NCBI GenBank assembly: GCA_965216875.1 | Contig: OZ244207.1 | Location: 3,744,001 to 3,808,000, forward strand | Source: Rubripirellula sp. | Lineage (GTDB): Bacteria > Planctomycetota > Planctomycetia > Pirellulales > Pirellulaceae | Reading direction: 5' to 3' | Length of the DNA stretch: 64,000 bases | In this document: positions 9,677-19,163 of the stretch, piece by piece | How positions within the stretch are numbered: the stretch's first letter is position 1 | Layout of the letters: every line of letters starts with the position of its first letter | Program-made: the position numbers and the translations under genes | Notes under the pieces: generated by a model | What the model saw: the letters and a program-made list of their open reading frames with translations, nothing else | What the model was told of the DNA's origin: nothing | The model's database searches: none

Positions 9677-11187
9677 CAGTGGTCTCCTTTCTTGAGTTCG
9701 ATATGAAAGACGGTTTGATCGTCGCCAGGCCATTGCGGGGCACGCATGAGCGTTGCCGTTGTCAGCGACGTACGTTGATACACGAAGGGGCCTCGAGCCA
9801 AGGGGTCGTGCCAAGCGGGGACAGGCCGCAAGTCTTCGATCGAAGTTGGCAGTTCATCATCTTCGGCTGCATGCATTCGGAGCGATTCGAGGCAGAGAAG
9901 GAAGTTGCGAGTCTGGTTCGTTCGCACACCCGCACGCCGTGCCGCTGCAATCGCGGGAGTGAACATGATCGCAATCTGTTGCATTTGGTCGGCGGCATTC
10001 ACAGGCTCCATCGACGCCTGACGTTCCTTCGAAAACTCATCGTAGACTTCAGGTGGAAGCAAAGCCCATTTGACCCATCGATCTCGAACGCGGGCCAAAC
10101 TCAAGTGGGTCGCACGCAAAACGGCTTCGGGAGCCGAAAGCTCGTAGGCTCGCTCGCCCCAATCGGTGGACTCGGCCAAAATCTTGCGTGACGCGTCGGC
10201 CATGGTGACGACGTACACGCCCGAAAGCAGCTGAGCATCAATATCACCTTTGCCAAAGCCAGCCGACATCAACGATTGAACTTCATTGGCGAGTTCGCGG
10301 ATGTGTTGACGCGAGACTTCAGGACCAATCGGATCGTCAGACAGTTCCTGAACGGGCTGAATGAATCTTGAGATGAGTACCGATTCGAATTCGATCGAGT
10401 CTCGCGTTTCAAAAAGCCGCGTCTCGGGCAGGCTTGCCAGTGCCCAGTAGAAGTTGGGACACCCCGGTCGTTGGATCGCTTCGAGGACCGAGTCCATCGC
10501 CATGCGTGAAATGGCAAAGCCCACCAAACGCCCAACGAGAAACTCGGTGCTGTGACCGGCAACCTCGGCCAGGCGGAAGCCAAGCCGAACATCATGCTCG
10601 ACGTCCTCCCAACGCTCTTCGACGATCGCAAGTCGAATTCGAAGCCGCAACATCCTCGCGAGCTCACGCATCTCTTGAAATTCAGGCAACAGCGTTGCGA
10701 TCATTTCGGATGCGGAAAGGTTGTCGAGTTGGATGTCGTATTCGAGCCGCATGTGATTCTCGGCCCGTTCAAGTTCGCCGAGCGCCGTCGCCGCAAACTT
10801 GTTTAGGAACTCGCGTACCTCTTCCTTGGGCAATTGGTCCAGGGGCATCTTGGACCACTCGTTGTAGCGATCGGCAACCTCGCGTCTGCCTTTCTCGCTG
10901 TGGCGATTGTTCATCGAGATGATGACAGCGCGATTGACCAACGGCAGCGGGTTGTCATCGAGTCGATCGGCCGGGTCTGGCCAAAACCGATAACGGAGTG
11001 CCGGATCGGGTTCGGCCGCTTGATACAACTGCAGTGTTTTGACTTTGTTCTTGGCTTGATTTGCGTCCGCCTTTGCGTCTCGCAGCGACGGTGCCAAGAG
11101 TTTCTGAGCGTGCAGGTTCACACAGGGTGTCAAACCCATGATCGGAACCAACGCGATCAAAGTTACCAATAGACGTACCTTCATCAT
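9676..11187 (-). CDS. Exported helical hypothetical protein, translationally coupled to the DUF1559 gene
   Basis: 503-aa ORF with signal peptide; SD-like AAGAGGGAG before the ATG. Confidence 0.8.
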   Translation of the reverse strand: MMKVRLLVTLIALVPIMGLTPCVNLHAQKLLAPSLRDAKADANQAKNKVKTLQLYQAAEPDPALRYRFWPDPADRLDDNPLPLVNRAVIISMNNRHSEKGRREVADRYNEWSKMPLDQLPKEEVREFLNKFAATALGELERAENHMRLEYDIQLDNLSASEMIATLLPEFQEMRELARMLRLRIRLAIVEERWEDVEHDVRLGFRLAEVAGHSTEFLVGRLVGFAISRMAMDSVLEAIQRPGCPNFYWALASLPETRLFETRDSIEFESVLISRFIQPVQELSDDPIGPEVSRQHIRELANEVQSLMSAGFGKGDIDAQLLSGVYVVTMADASRKILAESTDWGERAYELSAPEAVLRATHLSLARVRDRWVKWALLPPEVYDEFSKERQASMEPVNAADQMQQIAIMFTPAIAAARRAGVRTNQTRNFLLCLESLRMHAAEDDELPTSIEDLRPVPAWHDPLARGPFVYQRTSLTTATLMRAPQWPGDDQTVFHIELKKGDH

Positions 11188-11258
11188 CTCCCTCTTATTC
11201 ACAGACGAATCCCCTTGCTCAGCAGCCGATGCCGCGAGCCTTGATCTCTAATAACAAC

Positions 11259-11966
11259 TCACTCGTGCGAACCAAAGTCGCGAGCGAGCTCTGGCAGGTC
11301 GACCGCAGCAAGCGGTTTGCCCTCGAGCCGTTTACTCGGCTCTTCTTGGTCGGACTCCGACAGAGGCAGCGCGTGTGCACTGGCAGGTCCAATCCCAAAC
11401 GCATCGAGCCAACCGTGGTCGGACTCTCGATGTGTGACAAGTGTGGCGTGCAGTGGCATCAAGCCGTTGTGTGTGTTTGGCACAAATTGACTGCGGGCCA
11501 CAAGCGGACGAGCCGAGGGCCAGATGTCCGGCGATGGTTCACTTGAACGCTGCTCTGGCTCGGTGGTTTGGTCCGCTTCGACGTCCTCGACAGCTCGTTT
11601 CCCGTCAGGCCTATTTTGAGCACCCGTCTCTTCACGCGGGCTGCCTGAGTCGTCGCGTCCCTCATTGGGGTTCGCAACGTGATCGCTCGCGTTTTCAATC
11701 GGCGAGACCGCGACCATCGTCCCTTGGTCATCACCTCGTCCCAGCATGTAGCCCGCCGGTGCCGCGATCACGGCAAACAACATCGCGGCAGCGGAAACCA
11801 GCCAACCATGACTTGCAGGTCGCGTCTCTTCCGCTCCGGCGCGTCGGCCTGCTTCAAAAAAGAGCTGACTGACATCGATCGATGACGAAGCCGACGCCGG
11901 CACAAACCGCTGCAGCGACTCGGTCAACGCTTCGCTGTCCTCAGGATTTTGAAAGTCGGAATTCAT
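11259..11966 (-). CDS. Putative membrane anti-sigma factor / hypothetical protein
   Basis: Directly follows an ECF sigma; short N-terminal domain (LFFEAGRRA) then one TM helix. Confidence 0.65.
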   Translation of the reverse strand: MNSDFQNPEDSEALTESLQRFVPASASSSIDVSQLFFEAGRRAGAEETRPASHGWLVSAAAMLFAVIAAPAGYMLGRGDDQGTMVAVSPIENASDHVANPNEGRDDSGSPREETGAQNRPDGKRAVEDVEADQTTEPEQRSSEPSPDIWPSARPLVARSQFVPNTHNGLMPLHATLVTHRESDHGWLDAFGIGPASAHALPLSESDQEEPSKRLEGKPLAAVDLPELARDFGSHE

Positions 11967-11976
11967 TTTTGTAGCC

Positions 11977-12495
11977 TCACGATAACGACGACGCATCACC
12001 GCTTAATGCGGACGGCACAGACTCTTGTCCGAACCGTTGTTTCAATGTCTCCAGTCCTCGGCGAAACGTTCGATGTGATTTCGCCCGAGAGCCTCCCACC
12101 ACTTTTGCGATTGCCTCGAAGGTCATCTCGCCCCACAAATGCATCACAATCACTTCACGGTCAGGTGATGGAAGTTGCTGCAGTGCCTGCGTGACCTCGG
12201 CAGCGTCGATCCGTTGCTGGGCCGACATCGCTTCGTGTTCGAACCAAGGTCGATCACAAACCAGCGACTCGCGTTGGCGGCGGCGGCGGCCACTGCGATG
12301 CCATTGCATGAGCCGGTTCCGAGTGACGCGAACGAGCCACGCCATCGGGTCGTCGGGAAGCTTCTTTTCGGTCGCCAGCGAAATGAACGCTTCCTGCACA
12401 GCATCTTCAGCAGGACCACCAATCGATCGTGCAATCAGCAACAATCGATCGGAGTGCTCCTCCCAAAGCTCGGCAAGAAGGTTCGCTTCGATCAC
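11977..12495 (-). CDS. ECF-type RNA polymerase sigma factor
   Basis: AEDAVQEAF (region 2), AWLVRVTRN, LQQLPSPDREVIVMHLWGEMTFEAIA (region 4). Confidence 0.9.
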   Translation of the reverse strand: MIEANLLAELWEEHSDRLLLIARSIGGPAEDAVQEAFISLATEKKLPDDPMAWLVRVTRNRLMQWHRSGRRRRQRESLVCDRPWFEHEAMSAQQRIDAAEVTQALQQLPSPDREVIVMHLWGEMTFEAIAKVVGGSRAKSHRTFRRGLETLKQRFGQESVPSALSGDASSLS

Positions 12496-12633
12496 GACCG
12501 GAAAAATCCCTCACTGGAGCTGGCTCGAACAATCATTCGTTGGTTGTTTGCCACAAGGATGCCACCACTGCCGAGCCGTCTCAGAGAATCGTAAGAAAAG
12601 TTCCAAAAAGTAGTTTAACTGGTGTCGCGCAAC

Positions 12634-12960
12634 GTGAGCCGGAGTGGTTCGTGGTACCGAGCTTTAGCCGGAATCTGCAAGCTCATCCGCCTAAGGGCGG
12701 GACTACAAAAGGTGTCGACCGTGGGGATCAAGGCCCGGCCGCTTACGCGATCACGGCTGATGGGGAGTGGCCAGGCCGCGGAGCGGCGAAGAGCGTGTGA
12801 CCACGGGGACCGTCGGCACAAGGGCCGCTGGCAGTTCGTAGTACCGAGCTTTAGCCGGAATCTGCAAACCCTTCCGCCTAAAGGCGGGACTACAAACACT
12901 AAAGGCGGGACTACAAACAACGAGTCTTAGCCGGAATCTGCAAGCGTTTCCGCCTAAGGG
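12634..12960. repeat. Cluster of REP family A and D copies
   Basis: Two full A copies (about 12647-12709 and 12834-12897), a duplicated CTAAAGGCGGGACTACAAAC, a partial A copy and D arms. Confidence 0.75.
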
Positions 12961-12966
12961 CCAGAC

Positions 12967-13980
12967 CTACAACGGGATGCGGCGGCCTTCGTCTTCACTC
13001 TGCTGGGCGGCGGCGAGGATCGACGCCGCGCGGTAAGCATCATTCAGGTCGCTCATCTTCCGGACCAGGCTGGTGACACTGCGATGAAACTGTGTCAGCA
13101 GCTGCTCGCCAACGGGCAGCTCGGTTTCGAGGGATTCCAGATGACGCCCCGCATCGTCAAACCAAACGAGATTGGAAGGCAAGTCAATGAAGGCCACACC
13201 GCGCTGACACCGAATTTGCAGTGCCGAGGGCGGACGAAAACTAATCGCTTCATGCCACTTCGAGGGAATGTAGCTACCGCAGCTGATCTGCGCGGTCACG
13301 GGAGGCGAATCGTCGGTGCCTGCAAACTGAAGCGACAGACTGCGGTAGTCCGTTTTGCGAATCGCGTCTTCGCCCAACGGATCTTCGCCGAAATGCTGAC
13401 CGGTCGAGACCACACTTTCCGGTTCGCGATCAACGACGTAGCGGCACCAGTCGACCAACTCGACCAATTCGCGATTGGTTGGATCACTCGTCGATTGGCA
13501 CCCCGGCTCGGGTTCGGGAATGCGGCTATGACAAAAGACCAAGCGTGGTTGGCCGAGCCGCGTCGCAATCAGCTCTTTCAGCCGGAGCGTTGCCGGAGCA
13601 AGACGCCTCGGAAACTCCGTCATGAACGCCACGCCCGAGTCTTCAATCGCTTCGCGGACCTTGGCATCCCGCCGCGGGTCAAAATCCAAGTCGGCCGCCC
13701 AGTAGATCGCCTTGCCCGCCTCACACGCGGCAAGCATCGGCAACCAGCCGAGCCAAGATCGCTTCAAGATCATCACTGCGTCGATGTCATGCCTGGAGAC
13801 CAACGCACGAAACCCATCAACGGCATCCGCCTGGAATTCGGCCGCCGAGTTTTCGGCCAATTTGGTCACCGTTGAAAAGACGGCGCGAACATCAAAACGA
13901 TCGTGCAACATCCGCAAAGCGGGGCGATGCCGAGTCTGCCAGGCGTCTCCAAGCCCAATCAATCCGACGCGCAATTTCAT
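12967..13980 (-). CDS. Gfo/Idh/MocA family oxidoreductase-like protein
   Basis: LRVGLIGLG Rossmann start, DIDAV and AGKAIY; the usual EKP motif is missing. Confidence 0.78.
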   Translation of the reverse strand: MKLRVGLIGLGDAWQTRHRPALRMLHDRFDVRAVFSTVTKLAENSAAEFQADAVDGFRALVSRHDIDAVMILKRSWLGWLPMLAACEAGKAIYWAADLDFDPRRDAKVREAIEDSGVAFMTEFPRRLAPATLRLKELIATRLGQPRLVFCHSRIPEPEPGCQSTSDPTNRELVELVDWCRYVVDREPESVVSTGQHFGEDPLGEDAIRKTDYRSLSLQFAGTDDSPPVTAQISCGSYIPSKWHEAISFRPPSALQIRCQRGVAFIDLPSNLVWFDDAGRHLESLETELPVGEQLLTQFHRSVTSLVRKMSDLNDAYRAASILAAAQQSEDEGRRIPL

Positions 13981-14209
13981 CCGCAAACCGCCTGTTCCGA
14001 TGAACTGTCGTACATTTGATAGCAATGTGAAGAAGACATTTTTCTACCCTCCTTGCTTGAGGGTGCAACAATTTGACGCATCGATTTGGTATGCCCCAAG
14101 TCGAGTCAGGAACTTAGTTTAGCGTCCCCGTAGCCGGCCTGAGTATCTGCTTTGCTGAAATTATGTCGCAGGCGGTTTGGCCGAATCTCGATTTTCAGCG
14201 GCGCCACCC

Positions 14210-14237
14210 TTGATGGCCCCAAGGGCATCCCTACAAT
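14210..14237 (+). promoter_or_regulatory. Putative sigma-70 promoter for a long structured leader / thioredoxin-like gene
   Basis: TTGATG-N16-TACAAT. Confidence 0.45.
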
Positions 14238-14244
14238 CCGCCCA

Positions 14245-14520
14245 ACTTAACGCGGATGCCTGACCGGATTGCTTTTGCTAGCTTTCCGAATGTTGCATCT
14301 CAGGAGGGTGCGCCGGGAAGGACCGAGGTTGGTCGTTCCCGTGGAGACTGCACCGAGTTTGCCCAGCTTTCGTAGCGATGTGATGCTGCGGGCAAACCTG
14401 CCAAGGAGCAGGCTGGGCACGACAGGAGTTTCGTTTGACGCCCAAGCGGTCCTAGTTTCATCGATGTGCTGGCATCCAAATCGCCAGCATCTACTGCAAT
14501 CGGCAAGGTGCCGATTCCGC
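14245..14520 (+). ncRNA. Candidate structured 5' leader or sRNA (six consecutive hairpins, GGA in loops)
   Basis: Stems read by eye at 14307-14354, 14357-14397, 14397-14412, 14414-14444, 14467-14489 and 14498-14516; no family recognised. Confidence 0.35.
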
Positions 14521-14555
14521 CTGGGAAGTCTTTCCTTGATTAGAGGGAGTTTGGA

Positions 14556-14954
14556 ATGGTTTCGTTGCTGTTAGCCATGGTGCTTTCAACAGTACCAAGT
14601 GAACAACAAGTGCAACAAAACTACGCGGATGCCTACAAGAAGTCGGTCGCCGAGGGGAAACCACTGATGGTGGTTGTCTCGGCACCTTGGTGCCCTGCTT
14701 GCAATGTCTTGAAGGACACCACGATCCGCTCGATGGCCCAAAATGGCGAATTGGATGAAGTCAGCCTGACGGTCATCAATCGTGACGAAGAGCCTCAGTT
14801 GGCTCAACAATTGACGAAGGGCGACCAGATGTTGCCCCAAATCATTGTCTTCTCTCAGGAAGAGAGCGGCAGTTGGAAACGCCGCCGCCTGACAGGCTAT
14901 CAGCCTCGCCAGCCAATCCGTTCGTTGATTCGACGAGCGCTTGGACGCGGCTAA
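14556..14954 (+). CDS. Exported thioredoxin-like protein (WCPAC)
   Basis: Signal-like N-terminus; GKPLMVVVSAPWCPAC; cis-Pro MLPQ; SD GAGGGAG. Confidence 0.85.
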   Translation: MVSLLLAMVLSTVPSEQQVQQNYADAYKKSVAEGKPLMVVVSAPWCPACNVLKDTTIRSMAQNGELDEVSLTVINRDEEPQLAQQLTKGDQMLPQIIVFSQEESGSWKRRRLTGYQPRQPIRSLIRRALGRG

Positions 14955-15157
14955 GCTAGAAGGCAATTCTGACACGCGGGAGTTCGGCTGGGTTCTCCCG
15001 CGTTTCGGACAAGTTGTTGCCCCATTGGACCAGTGCGGACTAGTAAGGAACGGTCCAGTGATGGACGGTCCGGGAAGGACTGGACCGGTGATGGACGCCC
15101 TTGCGTTGCGGTTGGTACAACGTGGCTGTTGTTTTTATCCACACCCGATGCCGCAGT

Positions 15158-16099
15158 ATGCCCGATCCTGATCAGCCAGCCGAAAACTCGATGTCCATTC
15201 GAATCGGGCACTGGCTGAGCATGATTCGGTTCAGCCACACAATCTTTGCCCTGCCGTTTGCCGCATTGGCGACCGTGATGGCGTTGACGACCGACCTGCC
15301 ATCGGGTCAACGTCCCGATTTGCGAATTCGCGATTTGGTCGGCATCTTGCTCTGCATGGTGCTAGCGCGTAGTGCGGCGATGGCGTTCAATCGACTTGTC
15401 GATCATAAAATCGATGCCGAAAACCCTCGTACCGCTGGCCGACATTTGCCGGCAGGCATCCTTTCGCGAGGCGAAGTGCTCGGCTTCACCCTTGCCTGCA
15501 GCATCGGATTCATCGCAGCGACGGCGATCTTTTTGCCGAATCCCGTTCCACTGATCGCATCGATTCCGGTGCTGGCATTCCTGTGTGGCTACAGCTTGGC
15601 CAAGCGGTTCACTTCGGCCGCTCACCTTTGGCTTGGCGTTGCGCTGAGCCTATCGCCGCTGTGCGCCTGGGTCGCCATACGAGGCCCCGAATCGGTAACC
15701 AATCCAACGGACCTGTTTGCTCCATTGGTTCTCGCAGCAGCGGTTGCCGCCTGGGTGACTGGCTTCGACATCATCTACGCCTGCCAGGACGCCCAGTACG
15801 ACGCGGGGGTTGGGCTGCACAGCATCCCCGCTCGGTTTGGAGTCGCCGGTGCATTGCGAATTGCCGCCGGGTTCCACATGGCGATGCTTGGATTATTGGC
15901 ACTTCTGCCACTGACCGCTGCGGGCTTTGGGATCGCATTTTGGGCGGTTTTGGTCGTGATCACGCTGCTTGTGATTCGCCAACATTGGCTTGTTCGGCCT
16001 GGTGACCTGGGACGGGTCAATGAAGCCTTCTTTCACACAAACGCGGCAATTAGCCTGATTTTGTTGGTCATTGGGACGATCGACTGCTGCCTGATCTGA
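15158..16099 (+). CDS. ubiA: UbiA-family polyprenyltransferase (MqnP-like, futalosine pathway)
   Basis: FSHTIFALPFA, ARSAAMAFNRLVDHKIDAENPRT, FDIIYACQD; multiple TM helices; adjacent to mqnE. Confidence 0.88.
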   Translation: MPDPDQPAENSMSIRIGHWLSMIRFSHTIFALPFAALATVMALTTDLPSGQRPDLRIRDLVGILLCMVLARSAAMAFNRLVDHKIDAENPRTAGRHLPAGILSRGEVLGFTLACSIGFIAATAIFLPNPVPLIASIPVLAFLCGYSLAKRFTSAAHLWLGVALSLSPLCAWVAIRGPESVTNPTDLFAPLVLAAAVAAWVTGFDIIYACQDAQYDAGVGLHSIPARFGVAGALRIAAGFHMAMLGLLALLPLTAAGFGIAFWAVLVVITLLVIRQHWLVRPGDLGRVNEAFFHTNAAISLILLVIGTIDCCLI

Positions 16100-16195
16100 T
16101 CGTCGAAGCCGATTGGTCCCATTTGTGGTGGTTGTCTCCGTCGCTGGTCTGCGGTTCTAATCCTCAGCTTGGACGCCCAAATCAAAGAAACGTGA

Positions 16196-17353
16196 TTGAT
16201 GAACGAAACAGAACGCAACGCCCGTTTTCGCGAGATTCGAGACAAGGTCGAAGCCGATGCGCGACTTTCGCTCGACGATGGCATCTTCCTTTACGACCCT
16301 CAGGTGCCACTGCAAGCGGTCGGCGAATTGGCCAACCTGGTTCGTGAACGCAAGAACGGCAACGTCGGCTATTTCAACATCAACACTCACCTGAACCCGA
16401 CCAACGTTTGCGTCTACCGTTGTCGGTTCTGTGCTTTCCGAAGTGACCTGCGTGACCCCAAGGGTTATGCAATGAACGACGAACAGATTCTTGAGCGCGG
16501 ACGCGAAGCGACCGAAAACGGTTGCACCGAAATGCACATTGTCGGCGGATTGCATCACCAGAAGCCGTACGAATGGTATCGCCATATCATTGAACTGCTG
16601 CATGAGCACTACCCTCAAATCCACTTGAAGGGTTGGACCGCAGTCGAAATCAATTGGTTTGAATTTCAAACCAAGAAATCAATCCGCTGGGTGCTCGAAG
16701 ACTTGAAAGAAGCCGGTCTGGGCAGCATGCCCGGTGGAGGCGCCGAGATCTTTCACCCCGAAGTTCGTGAGCAACTTTGCGAACACAAAGCCAACACGCA
16801 CGCTTGGCTTGATATTCATCGCACGGCTCACGAAGTGGGACTACGCACCAACTGCACGATGCTTTACGGGCATGTCGAAAGTGCGTTCCACCGGATTGAC
16901 CATCTGCTGCGATTGCGGGACCTGCAAGATCAAACGGGTGGCTTCCAGGTTTTCATTCCACTTGCGTTCCATCCTGAAAACACAAAGTTGTCCGACCTGA
17001 AAAAACCATCGGCTTTGACGGACCTGCGGACCATGGCGATCAGTCGCTTGATGCTCGACAACGTGCAACACATCAAGGCGTACTGGATCATGCTCGGCGT
17101 CGAAACGGCTCAAACGGCACTCGCCTACGGAGCCGACGACATTGACGGGACAGTTCGCCACGAGCTGATCTATCACGATGCCGGTGCAACGACGCCACAG
17201 TGTTTGACCGTGGACACGATCAAGAACCTGATCGCCGAAGCGGGTCGGGAGCCGATCGAACGCGATACGGTCTATCGCCGCGTTCACCGCGACCCCAACG
17301 ACTACTCCAAGTGGCATTCAGGCGAATCGGTCGACGCAGCGGTCACGGTATAG
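16196..17353 (+). CDS. mqnE: Aminofutalosine synthase (radical SAM)
   Basis: CVYRCRFC, EMHIVGGLH, MPGGGAEIF, FIPLAFHPENT, HIKAYWIMLG. Confidence 0.92.
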   Translation: MMNETERNARFREIRDKVEADARLSLDDGIFLYDPQVPLQAVGELANLVRERKNGNVGYFNINTHLNPTNVCVYRCRFCAFRSDLRDPKGYAMNDEQILERGREATENGCTEMHIVGGLHHQKPYEWYRHIIELLHEHYPQIHLKGWTAVEINWFEFQTKKSIRWVLEDLKEAGLGSMPGGGAEIFHPEVREQLCEHKANTHAWLDIHRTAHEVGLRTNCTMLYGHVESAFHRIDHLLRLRDLQDQTGGFQVFIPLAFHPENTKLSDLKKPSALTDLRTMAISRLMLDNVQHIKAYWIMLGVETAQTALAYGADDIDGTVRHELIYHDAGATTPQCLTVDTIKNLIAEAGREPIERDTVYRRVHRDPNDYSKWHSGESVDAAVTV

Positions 17354-17385
17354 ACCGTGATGGTTGATGTCACGCGTTGGAACTA

Positions 17386-17429
17386 CCCTCCCACTTGTGG
17401 GAGGGTCGGGCGCTAAAGCCCGGGGAGGG
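17386..17429. repeat. Palindromic REP-like element (CCCTCCCACTTGTGGGAGGG...GGGGAGGG)
   Basis: Nested inverted repeats between convergent genes; single copy in the window. Confidence 0.45.
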
Positions 17430-17503
17430 CCGTGCGAGGCGCTGGCGAGCGTCGAGACGGCGACGCAACTTTTGCGTAGCGACAGGCGACAATGACTGCG
17501 GCC

Positions 17504-18415
17504 TCAATAATGGGCGCGGCATCGGAGCACGAAGGCGTTGTCAAACTCCGTGTTGCCTCGGGCCGACCGGTATTCAAGCTTTCGATCGAATGCAAAGCCT
17601 AGCTCGAGGACTCCGTCGGAGTTTTTTCCGAACGACTTCAACCCGAAGAGGACTCGAATATCGCGATAGGTGGCGTTGTCGTAGGCGCGGTTTTCACGTT
17701 CGATCGCCCAAGTATCACCACCGAGTTCGCCACTGACGTAAAGCGCTTGGCATTCGCCAACACGCATTTGCAACTTGGGTTTGGGGAACACCAATTCCCA
17801 CAGCAGATCATCGTGGGGACGAATCACGAAACCGGCTACAGGCAACAAACTGATGTCGTCTCGATCGAGGACGTCGACACCGAAAAGCGTGATGAAGCGG
17901 TCGTTGTGTTCGTGATAGGTCACCGCATGCCCAGGGTAGCGGACCCCTTTCCGCGCGCTGCCTTCGAAGTCACTGAAGGCCCCGACACCAAACTTCAAGT
18001 CGAGGTAGGTCCGGTGAGTCAGTTGTTTGCGGGCATGGTAGGCCATTTGAAAATCAAACAACCGCGCCGGCATGTCGGAGGGTGAAAGCGGGCCTCCCAT
18101 GAAGTGGAATCCGGTTCCGAAAACGAGCGCAGCATCACTCCCGAGATCAAGCGTCGGAAACGACTCAACGCTGAACCCGCCATACTCATCGCTGGCCAAC
18201 CAAGTCATGTCGCTTTGTGCGGAGTTGTAGCCGAGCCAATCGCCAAAGCGAACGTCATCGCCAGGCTCAGGTTCGTCCGTGTCACCGACACTCACTTCGA
18301 CGCCGCCCACTTCAACTTCGAGTGAAGTTTGCGCAACGTCACCATCTTCACTCGCCATCAAATTGATGCCGACTGCCGTCGACACGAATACAGCCAGAAC
18401 CATTCGTTTGATCAA
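17504..18415 (-). CDS. Exported hypothetical protein, possibly an outer-membrane beta-barrel
   Basis: Signal peptide; alternating amphipathic strands; C-terminal aromatic residue (RAHY). Confidence 0.65.
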   Translation of the reverse strand: MIKRMVLAVFVSTAVGINLMASEDGDVAQTSLEVEVGGVEVSVGDTDEPEPGDDVRFGDWLGYNSAQSDMTWLASDEYGGFSVESFPTLDLGSDAALVFGTGFHFMGGPLSPSDMPARLFDFQMAYHARKQLTHRTYLDLKFGVGAFSDFEGSARKGVRYPGHAVTYHEHNDRFITLFGVDVLDRDDISLLPVAGFVIRPHDDLLWELVFPKPKLQMRVGECQALYVSGELGGDTWAIERENRAYDNATYRDIRVLFGLKSFGKNSDGVLELGFAFDRKLEYRSARGNTEFDNAFVLRCRAHY

Positions 18416-18595
18416 TCCACTGTCTCCACAGAGGGGCTAAGTAGTGTTCGACCCTACTGAAAAACTCTCACGGCGTTCAATGCCGACTCAGCAACGCCGC
18501 GCAAGAGTTGTGGAATTCTGCCTCGGTGGGGCCTTTTGCTGCGCTGTTTCACGACATTTCTTTTGGAATCTGGCCATTTTCGATAGGAAAAAAAC

Positions 18596-18611
18596 TGGCA
18601 CGAATCGTGCA
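18596..18611 (+). promoter_or_regulatory. Putative sigma-54 promoter for small ORF 18705-18914
   Basis: TGGCACGAATCGTGCA: GG-N10-GC. Confidence 0.65.
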
Positions 18612-18704
18612 AGAGGTGTGAAACCAGTCGATCCGAGGGCAGATCGAAATCGTAGAAAGACTGTCCGAGATCAATAACCATCCGAGGTCGAAGGGAGGTG
18701 GGCG

Positions 18705-18914
18705 ATGTCAGATGAAATGTTTGCTCCAGATCGAGATCCGTCGGATCCGACGCCTAAGCAGATCGAAGAACGATCGAAACAGATCCGAAAAAGATGGAGT
18801 CACCGTGTGCTGCAACGGAGGCGAGTCAATCCACTGCACAATTGGTTGCCGCCATTGATCATGACGGTGGAACTTGTGCGCGAGATGAATGCGAGAGAAG
18901 CCGAAAGCGCCTAG
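18705..18914 (+). CDS. Small (69 aa) hypothetical protein
   Basis: Strong SD GGGAGGTG; DPTPKQIEERSKQIRKRWS helix; fills an otherwise empty gap. Confidence 0.65.
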   Translation: MSDEMFAPDRDPSDPTPKQIEERSKQIRKRWSHRVLQRRRVNPLHNWLPPLIMTVELVREMNAREAESA

Positions 18915-18989
18915 TCGATTGCGTTTTCAGCCAATACTTTTCCGCCGAATAGCGGCAAGCTTTTCGTTTGTGTTACTGCCATCACGGGT

Positions 18990-19073
18990 CGTAGCGACCT
19001 TCGCCAGCAGGTTTGTAGTACCGCCCTCAGGCGGCAAGTAGCAAGATTCCGGCTAAAACTCGGGACGACGAAC
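18990..19073. repeat. REP family B half-element plus family A copy (inverted)
   Basis: CGTAGCGACCTTCGCCAG followed by GTTTGTAGTACCGCCCTCAGGCGG...CCGGCTAAAACTCGGGACGACGAAC. Confidence 0.7.
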
Positions 19074-19095
19074 CGTCGCTGGTCGCAAGAACCTT

Positions 19096-19132
19096 AAAAA
19101 AGGCCGCCGACGCTTTGAACACGTCGACGGCC
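19096..19132 (-). terminator. Intrinsic terminator after the C-N hydrolase gene
   Basis: Stem GGCCGCCGACG/CGTCGACGGCC followed by T6 on the minus strand. Confidence 0.7.
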
Positions 19133-19163
19133 CCAAGGCAAATGCGCTTGATCGATTCGCTGA

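Noticed and set aside
14389..14455. GGGCAAACC start resembling a c-di-GMP-I (GEMM) riboswitch
   Set aside because: It lacks the GNRA loop and the following GACGCAAAGC...CTAA elements; kept only as a generic structured-leader candidate.
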